Source: an uncultured bacterium
GTDB lineage: Bacteria; Patescibacteriota; Patescibacteriia; UBA9570; XYC2-FULL-38-9
Direction: 5' to 3'
Assembly (NCBI GenBank): GCA_937996685.1
Contig: CALKUP010000001.1
Location: forward strand, 181,571-245,570
Length of the DNA: 64,000 bases
Below are positions 30,166-42,373 of this stretch, one piece after another. A program made the position numbers and the translations under genes. The notes beneath the pieces are model-generated. The model was not told where the DNA came from and searched no databases. It worked only from the letters and a program-made list of their open reading frames with translations. The stretch's first letter is position 1, and each line of letters starts with the position of its first letter.

Positions 30166-31362
30166 ATGAGTCTATTTGGAAACGATCAAACAAAAAGTTA
30201 CGCTGGCGTTGATATTGGTAATTCAGCAGTAAAAGTCGTGGAATTACAGCCAATTCAAGGCCGTCCAAAGCTTCTGACCTACGGGTACTTGGAGCAAGAT
30301 AATGAAATTATTCGCACAGATTCGCCGGCAGCCCGCGCGAGCATTACAGCGGCACTGACGTCGGTGTTTGAAAGTAGTCATGTTCGAACACGCGAAGTTG
30401 TTGCGTCATTGCCGAGCTATGCTGTCTTTACTTCAATTATTCATCTGCCAAAAATGAATAAAAAAGAGTTAACAGAGGCTGTGCAATGGGAAGCGAAAAA
30501 GTTTGTACCATTACCACTTTCTGAAATGGTGCTCGATTGGAAAATTTTAGATGAAAATGCATTTCGTTCGAGTTATGTCAGCTCAACCGGGGATCATGCA
30601 CCGCAATCGCCAGTCGCTCCAAGTCCAATGGCTGCGGCGACAAGTGCATTGAATCGTCAGGCGGTGATTGAATCAAAAGAGCAATCATTCTATAAAATTT
30701 TATTGACTGCAGCGCCAAAAGATTTGGTGACACGGTATGTTGAAATTTTTAAAGCCGCAAAATTAAAACTGGTTGGGATTGAAACCGAAAGTTTTGCAGC
30801 AGAACGCGCGTTGATTGGCAATGATCCAAACCCGGTGATGATTATTGATATGGGTGCGGTCGCGACAAATTTTAGTATTGTGGTTGATGGTGTGCCGATT
30901 ATCCATCGTAGTATTGATATTGCCGGAAATACGATTACAAAAGCGATTGCAAATAGCATGAATCTTCCGGTTGATCAGGCAGAGCAATTCAAACGTGATT
31001 TTGGATTAACGGCGCAACCGATTCAAGGCGGGGGAGATGCGACAGGTGTTGCAGTGCCGCGACACATTGAAGCGCTGCTCGCTGCGGTGATGAACGAAAT
31101 TCAGTATGTATTGAATTTGTATCAAAGTCAGACAAACGGACCGATTGAAAAAATTGTCTTAACAGGCGGTTCATCATGGCTGCCACACATTGTTGAATAT
31201 ATGCGTGAGCGTTTACAAGCGAAGGTATTTATTGGTGATCCGTGGGCGCATATCATGTACCCAGAGCCGTTACGGGATGTATTGGTGCAAGTAGGGCCGC
31301 GTTTATCAGTGGCAATCGGTCTTGGAATGCGACCAATTGTCCCAAGTTCGACGGTGCGGTAA
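30166..31362 (+). CDS. pilM: type IV pilus assembly ATPase-like protein PilM
   Basis: Actin-like fold, N-terminal GVDIGNSAVKVVEL; 398 aa with an inserted low-complexity region. Confidence 0.78.
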   Translation: MSLFGNDQTKSYAGVDIGNSAVKVVELQPIQGRPKLLTYGYLEQDNEIIRTDSPAARASITAALTSVFESSHVRTREVVASLPSYAVFTSIIHLPKMNKKELTEAVQWEAKKFVPLPLSEMVLDWKILDENAFRSSYVSSTGDHAPQSPVAPSPMAAATSALNRQAVIESKEQSFYKILLTAAPKDLVTRYVEIFKAAKLKLVGIETESFAAERALIGNDPNPVMIIDMGAVATNFSIVVDGVPIIHRSIDIAGNTITKAIANSMNLPVDQAEQFKRDFGLTAQPIQGGGDATGVAVPRHIEALLAAVMNEIQYVLNLYQSQTNGPIEKIVLTGGSSWLPHIVEYMRERLQAKVFIGDPWAHIMYPEPLRDVLVQVGPRLSVAIGLGMRPIVPSSTVR

Positions 31363-31422
31363 GGATTGATTAAATGGCACAATTCTTCTATACTAGGCAA
31401 TAGATTAATTATCACTGTATAT

Positions 31423-31923
31423 ATGAATAAAAAAGGCTTTACTCTCGTTGAACTACTGATTGTGATCGGCATTATCGCGCTTCTTTCTATTTTAGTGCTC
31501 GCATCATTAAACACAACGCACCAACGTTCTCGTGACACAAAACGAATCACAGACGTGAAGCAAGTGCAGCTGGCAATGGAAATGTATTGGAATGACAATG
31601 CAAATTATCCAGCAGTGACTCCTGGCCAAACAACCTGGAAATCTTTTGGGGATGAGTTGAGTTCAGGATTTGTCAGTTTTCCAGTTGATGACGTGCAAGG
31701 TCGTGTATATACATATATCGTAAACCCAGAAAATACAGACCAATATTTTTTAGCAGCAACGTTAGAAAAAAAAACGCATGAAAGTTTAGCTGCTGATGTT
31801 GACGGGTTTGTTGGAAGTAATTGGGTGATGGTCAATTCAGAAGGAAAATCAGAAACAGTCCCAGCTGGAGGTTTTGATTGTGGGGATCCTGTCTATTGCG
31901 TTGCTGGCGACGCCACAAAATAA
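31423..31923 (+). CDS. type IV pilin / pseudopilin (prepilin with a class III signal peptide)
   Basis: MNKKG|FTLVELLIVIGII N-terminal methylation/cleavage motif; start moved to the internal ATG. Confidence 0.75.
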   Translation: MNKKGFTLVELLIVIGIIALLSILVLASLNTTHQRSRDTKRITDVKQVQLAMEMYWNDNANYPAVTPGQTTWKSFGDELSSGFVSFPVDDVQGRVYTYIVNPENTDQYFLAATLEKKTHESLAADVDGFVGSNWVMVNSEGKSETVPAGGFDCGDPVYCVAGDATK

Positions 31924-31926
31924 GTC

Positions 31927-32760
31927 ATGACCGTGTACTTGGTATTTTTATTTGCAATTTTAGGCTCCTGTGTTGGGAGCTTTTTGAATGCGACTGCATT
32001 GCGTTGGGGAAGCGGACAGTCTGTTGTGTTTGAAAAAAATACAGATGGCAAAAGCCAAGCGGCTCGGAGTCGCTGTATGTCCTGCGGGCACGCTCTCGGT
32101 GGTTGGGAGTTGATTCCGATTGTGTCATTTGCCATGCAGCGCGGTCGTTGCAGAGTGTGTTATACGCGACTAAGTTCGCAGTATATCGTTGTCGAAATTG
32201 TCGCTGCTGTATTAGGTGCTCTGCCGTGGGTAGTACTGTGGCTTGCGTCAACGCAGGTAGGGTATCCAACTGTGTTTCCGGCAAATGAAATTCAGGCAGC
32301 GGCAATTGCAGTATTTTCATGGGTGCTCTTATTTTTATTTCTGTATGATTTGCGGTATCAAATTATTTTAGATCGCGTCAGTCTGCCCGCAATGCTCCTT
32401 GCAGTAGTGGTGAGTCTCTCTGTCTTTGGGCGCACGTGGGAGAGTATTGGACTCGGGATGTTGGTTGGTGGCGGAGTATTTTTCGTGCAATTTATTCTTT
32501 CACGAGGGAAGTGGATTGGTGGTGGAGATATTCGAATGGGTCTTTTAATGGGCGCGCTGCTCGGACTGCCGAGTACTATCGTCGCATTATTTTTGACTTA
32601 TATTATTGGCGCGATTGTAGCGGTATATTTACTCGCAACAAATCGTGCAAAACGCGACACAAAAATTGCGCTCGGAACATTCATTGCGCTCGGGACAGTG
32701 ATCTGTTTGTATGTTGGTGATGCGCTGGCGAATTGGTATCTCGGACTCTTAGGCTTGTAA
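31927..32760 (+). CDS. pilD: prepilin peptidase (A24 family)
   Basis: N-terminal CxxC...CxxC zinc motif, multi-TM, directly downstream of the pilin gene. Confidence 0.78.
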   Translation: MTVYLVFLFAILGSCVGSFLNATALRWGSGQSVVFEKNTDGKSQAARSRCMSCGHALGGWELIPIVSFAMQRGRCRVCYTRLSSQYIVVEIVAAVLGALPWVVLWLASTQVGYPTVFPANEIQAAAIAVFSWVLLFLFLYDLRYQIILDRVSLPAMLLAVVVSLSVFGRTWESIGLGMLVGGGVFFVQFILSRGKWIGGGDIRMGLLMGALLGLPSTIVALFLTYIIGAIVAVYLLATNRAKRDTKIALGTFIALGTVICLYVGDALANWYLGLLGL

Positions 32761-32780
32761 TAAACAGAGCAGCGCGCAGG

Positions 32781-35750
<2,970 letters not shown>

Positions 35751-35768
35751 TTATATAGACTGCTGCAT

Positions 35769-36743
35769 ATGGAAAGAGTACAATACGGAGCTGTTCGTGC
35801 ATCAGAGCAGGTGCAACCAGTAGAAAACAGGTCTGTGATAACACCAGATATTTTGGCGATGCTCGATCAGTTGCGTGGTTTTGAGTCTGCTGCCAAAGAT
35901 GAGTGGAGGGGTGTTGAGACGTGGGTGCAAAGTCCGTTAGATATTTTTGAAGAAGAAGTCGAAAAATTACTCATCTATCCAGACGATGTGTTTGAGTGGT
36001 TTGCGTCCGGGCGACAAGACCTGGCTCTCCCAGAAGTAAAACAGCGTTGGCAAGAGTTATTGCGCACGCGATTAACAAATCAATTACCGGCAATTATTGC
36101 ACAGCTTGAATCAGGGGTGCCTTTGAATATCACGTTCGAGAAATTATTTGATATTTTTAACCCCACATTTTTATTTCAAAGTATTTGTCGTATCCTCTTA
36201 AAAGAGCGCGGGGGGGAATTGCTTGATATTGAAAGTTTGCGTGTTCGAGAGTTGCCGGCGGATCAATTGTCTGTTGAACAAAAAGCTGAAATGACTGCAA
36301 TTGTTTCGGAAAATTATCGACAACTATCCGGTCTCGCTGATGACTTTCGTCGTCAATTGGAGAGTGGCACTCCAGATGCAACGGTATACCATCTCCTTGA
36401 CCGACGAGTGAACCGGGATCTTTCTGCAGAAGTGCCGCAGATTGATCATGAAGTTATTGGATTTGTGCGTGTCGGGCAGCAAGAGCGCGGTTTTTATATT
36501 AGCGGCTTTCATATGCAGCCAGAACTGCAAGCAAGCGGCATTGGTGTATTGTTGATTGAGTCGGTCATTTCTCAATATCAAAAAGAAGGTGATTTATATG
36601 CACTTGCGGAAGCTGGTAGTCCAGCGTTGAATTTTTATCTGAATGTTCTCGGCGCGCAAGAGGTGCGACGAATTGAAAATACCGATCCAACACGCAGTGG
36701 AGGTGTTGAGGTTGAGATTATGCTTCCGCAAAAAAGAGCATAA
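35769..36743 (+). CDS. hypothetical protein with a C-terminal GNAT acetyltransferase-like domain
   Basis: The C-terminal approximately 120 aa resemble the GNAT fold (QASGIGVLLIE...GDLYALAEAG). Confidence 0.4.
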   Translation: MERVQYGAVRASEQVQPVENRSVITPDILAMLDQLRGFESAAKDEWRGVETWVQSPLDIFEEEVEKLLIYPDDVFEWFASGRQDLALPEVKQRWQELLRTRLTNQLPAIIAQLESGVPLNITFEKLFDIFNPTFLFQSICRILLKERGGELLDIESLRVRELPADQLSVEQKAEMTAIVSENYRQLSGLADDFRRQLESGTPDATVYHLLDRRVNRDLSAEVPQIDHEVIGFVRVGQQERGFYISGFHMQPELQASGIGVLLIESVISQYQKEGDLYALAEAGSPALNFYLNVLGAQEVRRIENTDPTRSGGVEVEIMLPQKRA

Positions 36744-36752
36744 GCCTTCGCG

Positions 36753-37517
36753 TTATCGAGTCGGCAGCGTTGCTTTTGCCCACAACTCTTCAAAGAGTTG
36801 TTTTTGAAATTTTGCGTATACCGGCTGTGTAATTAACCAGCCGTAGATTTGTGTTTCATTCGCGACAATTGTTGAAACAGTGTCGTTGTATATTTCAGTT
36901 GCAAGACTGGTTTTGAATTGCGAGCTAATGAATCGAATATTTGTTAGGTTAGGATCGACAGATGCTGCGTATTCTCGGGCTGCTTTCGAGTGAGGGAGGA
37001 GCATACGTTTTTGAATGCCGGATTGTAAGCGCGCCGTAACATAGTCTGCATTGATTGCTTTGGCATATCGCTCAACAGCATCGTGATCTGTAATGGTTAA
37101 GATTTCCTCTGTTGCTTTTAACGAATCAGCAAGGAGTTCGGTGATTTCAGCTTCACCTTCAAAAAATTGCACACCCGGTCCATGGTGGAGGAGGTTATAC
37201 GCATTTGTTGATTCTCGAATATATAATTGCAAGCGTTCAATGGAGTCGGCGGTCTCTTGTTTTTTGTGTGCAATGATTTGCTCTAATTGTTTTGGGTGGG
37301 CGAGTGAGATTTTGGCAACGCGTCCAATCCGTTGTTCTGTAATAATCCCACGTGTGCGCAATTGTTTCACCGCAGACGAAACTGTCGCTCTACTAAAGCC
37401 GGTATGTCCAATTAATTCAGTAATTGATACGTCGCCTTGTGTCAGCAAGGTTTCAAAAATCTGCTGCATGCTTGCATCAAGCCCAAATTCACTGAAAATT
37501 GCGTTTGTTTTTTCCAT
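36753..37517 (-). CDS. TrmB-like winged-helix transcriptional regulator
   Basis: N-terminal HTH (VSITELIGHTGFSRATVSSAVKQLRTRGII); 254 aa. Confidence 0.55.
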   Translation of the reverse strand: MEKTNAIFSEFGLDASMQQIFETLLTQGDVSITELIGHTGFSRATVSSAVKQLRTRGIITEQRIGRVAKISLAHPKQLEQIIAHKKQETADSIERLQLYIRESTNAYNLLHHGPGVQFFEGEAEITELLADSLKATEEILTITDHDAVERYAKAINADYVTARLQSGIQKRMLLPHSKAAREYAASVDPNLTNIRFISSQFKTSLATEIYNDTVSTIVANETQIYGWLITQPVYAKFQKQLFEELWAKATLPTR

Positions 37518-37639
37518 ATAGAGCTAGTATAGACAAAATAGTATTACATGTCAATACATAAATAGACATATTTGTGTATATCTTTATAGCTAATATTAGA
37601 TATTTTATTGTATTTATAAAAAACATGCATATAGATACA

Positions 37640-37670
37640 TTGACATTTCATGAAAAAATAAGTATCATAC
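37640..37670 (+). promoter_or_regulatory. putative sigma70-type promoter (TTGACA-17-TATCAT) upstream of the high-GC gene
   Basis: ttgacatttcatgaaaaaataagtatcat; the downstream 5' region contains a perfect 13-bp inverted repeat. Confidence 0.3.
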
Positions 37671-37714
37671 TTCGTCATACCTTTGGGTGTGATGCACCTT
37701 TTACAACAAAACAT

Positions 37715-37771
37715 GTTGATTCAGGAATTGAGCGCAAAACAGTGTGTTTTGTATTCACTTCCTGAATCAAC
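37715..37771. repeat. perfect 13-bp inverted repeat GTTGATTCAGGAA / TTCCTGAATCAAC with a 31-nt spacer
   Basis: Read directly from the sequence; lies in the AT-rich leader upstream of the 37962 high-GC gene. Confidence 0.7.
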
Positions 37772-37961
37772 AAGGAATTCGGCTGAAGCAGGCATATTCA
37801 TACAAAGAAGATAGCGCAGGCAAAAATGCCAGAAGTCGCGACCCTTCAACAGAGATGCACGAAACCGTGTGTCGTATGAATGCTTCAAATAGATGTCCAG
37901 CGGGTTTGCTGGGTGTCTATTGCTGAATGGTCTATCAAAGACCAAAAAAATGGAGTTTCCC

Positions 37962-38828
37962 ATGACTGACATCAAGACCGTGACTCCTGCCACCACCATC
38001 TTCGTTCTCGGGGGTGAGGACGGGGAGATGCGTGCGATTCGCGCTCTCCTCCAGCGGTTTGGATACCGCTGGGTGCAGCCCAACCAGGCGTGGGGTGACC
38101 ACGCCTTCACGCCCGCGCAGTGCGGGCTCAAGGTCGAGTCAAAGGAGTTGTCCCGGCAAGGGCACTCCTACCGGGCCGATCAGATCGACGGCCTTCACCA
38201 GGCTGTCTTCGTTGAGTGCCGCGCTAGCGAGAGCGGCTGGCCGACGGACGGCTGGAGGTCTGTGGTCATCGACCATCACGGCTCCCGCTCGGGAGAGGTG
38301 GCCAGCATCCAGCAGGTCATTGATCTGCTCGGGTTGTGGCCCAGGCTCTCCTCGGCCACCCAGCGCTGGGCGGAGCTGATCGCGGTCAACGACTCGGGGT
38401 GGATCCCTGGGTTGCAGGCCTGGGGTGCCACGCTCGAGGAGATCGAGCGCGTCCGCGGGTTCGACCGAGCCGCGCAGGGCATCACGCCCGTCCACGAGAC
38501 AGAGGTCGAGCGGGCGCTCACCGCGCCAGAGGAGTTGATCGGCGCCATCCGCATTGTCCGGATGAGTCACTCGAAGACCTCTCCGCTCGGGGACAGACTG
38601 GCCCTCACCGCAATGCGCGAGGGACGGGAGGCTCCCTCCTACCTCGCGCTCTCCGGCGATGGGGAGGTGAACTTCTCTGGCGACGGCGCTCTCGCCGCCG
38701 CGCTCGCCACTCGGTTCCAGGGCTGGAGCGGCGGCTCCGGCCTCGGCAAAGCCGGGGAGAAGGCCTTCTGGGGAGGGTATCCCTCCCACGAGGAGGTGCT
38801 TGCGTTCATTCGCGAGCACACCGCTTGA
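37962..38828 (+). CDS. hypothetical protein on a high-GC (about 66%) island, with a GGAG ribosome-binding site
   Basis: 289 aa from MTDIKTV; contains a VVIDHHG motif (weakly DHH-like); strong codon GC3 bias. Confidence 0.5.
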   Translation: MTDIKTVTPATTIFVLGGEDGEMRAIRALLQRFGYRWVQPNQAWGDHAFTPAQCGLKVESKELSRQGHSYRADQIDGLHQAVFVECRASESGWPTDGWRSVVIDHHGSRSGEVASIQQVIDLLGLWPRLSSATQRWAELIAVNDSGWIPGLQAWGATLEEIERVRGFDRAAQGITPVHETEVERALTAPEELIGAIRIVRMSHSKTSPLGDRLALTAMREGREAPSYLALSGDGEVNFSGDGALAAALATRFQGWSGGSGLGKAGEKAFWGGYPSHEEVLAFIREHTA

Positions 38829-38928
38829 TTCCCGGCCCCGAGACGGGCTGAAGTAACGCGTCACCTGACGCAACAACGGTCCGTCCCACCTGAGCACACT
38901 TTCTGTAAAAAGATTGTTGTGCTCGGAC

Positions 38929-38970
38929 CGTTTCTTGAGCAGATAACAGCTGTTGTGTCTTCAAGAAACG
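38929..38970. repeat. perfect 10-bp inverted repeat CGTTTCTTGA / TCAAGAAACG with a 22-nt spacer that contains an ACAGCTGT palindrome
   Basis: Read directly from the sequence; about 100 nt downstream of the high-GC gene. Confidence 0.7.
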
Positions 38971-39079
38971 TGAATCATGTCTAGCGTTTAGTAGACAAAA
39001 AGTCTTGTGGTGTAGAGATATGGCAGGATATAATTCTTCCATGACTAATAAAGCGGCATACATATAATCGATACAATAT

Positions 39080-39433
39080 ATGACTGAAAAAAGTACGAAA
39101 CAACAACCGATGATGAGTCCAGAAGAAAGACGATTATTACGAGAGCAGCTAAAGCGTGATAATGATTTTCATGAAGAACAAATTCTTGGATATGAAACAC
39201 AACTTGGAGCAATGCGCCGAACATCCCCGGCTCCAACGGAGACATCTACGCTTATAAGCGATCCTGAAAATAAGCAGCATCATATCTATATTCACGGACT
39301 TGATGCAGCAGGTCCGGCTGGTCCGGTTGTTGAACAAACAGCTGAAGAACTGACAGATGAACAGCGTGCATCCATTGCAGAAAGTGAAGCAAGGAGTGCT
39401 GCAAGAAAGCGGTTCTACGGTTCAGGTCGGTAA
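39080..39433 (+). CDS. hypothetical protein
   Basis: 117-aa ORF with a charged N-terminus and an Ala/Pro-rich C-terminus. Confidence 0.4.
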   Translation: MTEKSTKQQPMMSPEERRLLREQLKRDNDFHEEQILGYETQLGAMRRTSPAPTETSTLISDPENKQHHIYIHGLDAAGPAGPVVEQTAEELTDEQRASIAESEARSAARKRFYGSGR

Positions 39434-39484
39434 TGTTTTTATATATGAAATATAATGAAATTTTCAAAAATATAGTACACGCAT

Positions 39485-41995
39485 ATGGGAGAAAGAAATG
39501 ATCAAAATTTTCGTACGCCGAGTCGTAATGAAATTGAAGCTGAGCCAAATGTTGGTGAATGTATTTTGAATATTGCATTAACACACTCTGGTGATATTCG
39601 AACTTCTGCGGTGACGCCAATTCCAGGGAATACAAAACCGTATGTCATCGCGGCGCGTCAGCATGAAAAGTTAAAGACGTATTTACGCTCTGTGAAGGAC
39701 GTAGAGGCTCAGCAATTTCGGTGTCGTGTTGTTCCTGAACATCCAAGCATTGCTCGATTGCTTCAGCGTGCATGTCTAGTGGAAATAGTTGAAACAATGC
39801 CGCAGCGTGAGTGGAGTATTCAGATGATCAATGCAAAGCCAGCGCTCGTAGCAATTCGAGGAGGAGTTGTCGAAAAAATCATACATGCTGCGGGTTATAA
39901 GAGTAACCCTGGTTTAAGTGTGCAAGATACAAAGCAATTTACAGAATGGGGCTTTGGTGATATCGCGCAGCGGTTTAATGGTTTATGTGAAGAGCATTTT
40001 GAAGAAAAAGCATTGACGTTTGAGGCGCAAGTAGCTGAATGGCGAGAGCTTGTTGTTCATGCAATAGAAAGATTGCCGAAAGGCAGTGGTAGTATTCAAG
40101 ATATTACTATCCCAATTCCAGGTGGAAGAGTTGAAGTGTATTTAAGTCCTGAGGGAGTATATGATAAAGGTGATGTTTTATATGTTGGAGAATATGGAAG
40201 CATTCAAAGTTCAAAATATTTTTCATTCAACCCTCCTATTCCATTGAATGAGGTGCCTGTTGATGTGGCTTCTCCACGAGCCTTCATTGATCAAATGACG
40301 CGTGCTGGATTTGATGCGCCGACAGTGAGTGATATTGATAATGCGAAATATGGAACAATAACAATTCAATGGAAAGGTCCCGATGAACGTAAGAGTATAA
40401 ATAAAACCTTTTCTTGTGAGGTTTTACAAAACGAAGGTTTGTTGCGTACAAGTGATCTATCAGTTCATTCGAATGGCGCTGGTCAACCACCGGTGATCGG
40501 TTTTTCATTGACGATTGACTTTGGATCAGTAGCGCAAATGCGGCCAGAAACTACATGGATTGCAGTTGGGACAATGCCACGTATTTGTTTGCCTGAGCAA
40601 GCACGCATATTTCAGTTACCCTCTATTCAAAAGGGATATATTTATAATCATAAATTTCCAGAACAAGCGGCGATTGCGCGTAAGCGTATTGAAGCGGCTA
40701 TTGAAGATTCGGCATTCATTGAGCGATTTACGCAATCTTTGGATCGACATGCAAATCCTGTTATTGCACAATATGTCTTGATTAAAAAAATTATTGAAGC
40801 GCAAGATCTACGCCAGATAGAACAAAGAACTGTTCGAGAGATGGGATCGGCATCAAGGGACGGGTATCATAGACCACAGGAGTCTTTGGTTAATAAGAAA
40901 TTCATCGGGAAATCTAACATCGTATTTGATGAGAAATATCCTGATCCGTGGGAAGGTTCAAATGCGCATTTACGAAGCATGACGCAGAAAAATCTAGAAA
41001 CACAAAAAGCTGATATCCATTCTTTTTTTGAGACACTGCAGTCAAAAGGGCTTCTTTTTGCTGCACAAGGATCTGGTACTTCAGTTGATGACAAGCTTAT
41101 GATCGAGTATCAGCCCCCCGTCGCTGTTTCTATGGAGAATAGTGAGTACTTACGAAGCGAGTCAGTGATTGGTTCAATTATCGATGTTTTGCGTAAAAGA
41201 GAGCAGAGGATCACAACCGCTCTTCGACTACTTGAAGAAAGCGCTCCTGCGTCTGCATTTGAAGTACTGCAAGAAGGCGGGCCATTAGACAATGATCCGC
41301 TTATGATGTCGACTGAACCGGCTTTGCCTCCTGTAAAAAAAGACCGACCTTCTGTTAATGTCAGTGCGTTAGAAGCGGTGTTTGGGAAGGTGTCACCTTC
41401 TCCTCAAAAACCACAGCCAACAACGCCCACACGACCGACTGAAAAGCGCCCGGAACCTGCGAAAGCGCACATTGAAAAAGTAGAGCCAGCTACAGAAGAA
41501 CAACGCAAGCTGATTCAGAGAAGTGCGCAATATGTCCGAAGTCTCCTTGGAATTGGCCGGTCATTTGGAGCGCCAAGTGCTGACGCAGCGCGACCATCAG
41601 CGCGTGACAGAGCGCTGAGTAATATTGAACGGGTGGCGATCGCAGCAAAAACAGCGTTGAAAGAAATTGACGATTTGATCAAAGCACCGAATGCGCGATA
41701 TGACAGCTTGCAAGGAAAGGTGGCTGCAGTCAAACTAAAAGTAGAAAATGTATTACTTGATAATGCACCAATTCTTGATAAGGGTCTCACGCCTGTCGCA
41801 TTGTCTGCATATGAGGCTATTTGGACAAGTGCTCCTGATGCTATTGATCAAAATGATGACGCTACATATTATATTACTGAAGGCCTGACAACAAAAGAGG
41901 TGATACTCAAGGCGTTGCGAGATGGGGTATTGGACGCTGCAAAACACGGTCTTTCAATTGAGCAGTTGTTGTCGCAAATTATCAGTCAACTCTAA
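39485..41995 (+). CDS. large hypothetical protein (836 aa) with an internal Pro/Thr-rich linker
   Basis: Long uninterrupted ORF with native-like composition and a PQPTTPTRPTEKRPEP low-complexity linker; no recognisable catalytic motifs. Confidence 0.55.
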   Translation: MGERNDQNFRTPSRNEIEAEPNVGECILNIALTHSGDIRTSAVTPIPGNTKPYVIAARQHEKLKTYLRSVKDVEAQQFRCRVVPEHPSIARLLQRACLVEIVETMPQREWSIQMINAKPALVAIRGGVVEKIIHAAGYKSNPGLSVQDTKQFTEWGFGDIAQRFNGLCEEHFEEKALTFEAQVAEWRELVVHAIERLPKGSGSIQDITIPIPGGRVEVYLSPEGVYDKGDVLYVGEYGSIQSSKYFSFNPPIPLNEVPVDVASPRAFIDQMTRAGFDAPTVSDIDNAKYGTITIQWKGPDERKSINKTFSCEVLQNEGLLRTSDLSVHSNGAGQPPVIGFSLTIDFGSVAQMRPETTWIAVGTMPRICLPEQARIFQLPSIQKGYIYNHKFPEQAAIARKRIEAAIEDSAFIERFTQSLDRHANPVIAQYVLIKKIIEAQDLRQIEQRTVREMGSASRDGYHRPQESLVNKKFIGKSNIVFDEKYPDPWEGSNAHLRSMTQKNLETQKADIHSFFETLQSKGLLFAAQGSGTSVDDKLMIEYQPPVAVSMENSEYLRSESVIGSIIDVLRKREQRITTALRLLEESAPASAFEVLQEGGPLDNDPLMMSTEPALPPVKKDRPSVNVSALEAVFGKVSPSPQKPQPTTPTRPTEKRPEPAKAHIEKVEPATEEQRKLIQRSAQYVRSLLGIGRSFGAPSADAARPSARDRALSNIERVAIAAKTALKEIDDLIKAPNARYDSLQGKVAAVKLKVENVLLDNAPILDKGLTPVALSAYEAIWTSAPDAIDQNDDATYYITEGLTTKEVILKALRDGVLDAAKHGLSIEQLLSQIISQL

Positions 41996-42055
41996 AAATC
42001 AGCAGAGGAGTAAGGCGCTTGCTCCAGTAGTAAAAAATTGGTAGTCTGGAATAGT

Positions 42056-42373
42056 ATGAATATTTCAGCAGAAGAGATTAAAAAACTGGCAAGTTTAGCA
42101 AAATTGCATTTGGAAGAAAGTGCAATTCCAAAGCTAACAGTGGACCTGAATAACATCTTTCATCACATCGAAGTGTTGAAGACGTTGGATTTGGGGGAAG
42201 TGCCAGAAACGAACGCTATCCATCATCAATCAACAGTGTTGCGGGCTGATGAGTCGTCGATGACGTTTGCGAAAGAAGACATGTTGCCGACAATGCCGCG
42301 AACAGATGAAGCTGGAAATTTGATCGTGAACGCTGTTTTTCAAGATTCAGATGAAACAACACACGCCGTATGA
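42056..42373 (+). CDS. gatC: Asp-tRNA(Asn)/Glu-tRNA(Gln) amidotransferase subunit C
   Basis: MNISAEEIKKLASLAKLHLEE is a typical GatC N-terminus; immediately upstream of and overlapping gatA. Confidence 0.75.
   Translation: MNISAEEIKKLASLAKLHLEESAIPKLTVDLNNIFHHIEVLKTLDLGEVPETNAIHHQSTVLRADESSMTFAKEDMLPTMPRTDEAGNLIVNAVFQDSDETTHAV

Noticed and set aside
37715-38970. Inverted repeats flanking the 37962 cassette as possible transposon terminal inverted repeats
   Set aside because: The left (GTTGATTCAGGAA) and right (CGTTTCTTGA) repeats are unrelated in sequence, and each is a local hairpin. There is no transposase gene and no target-site duplication.
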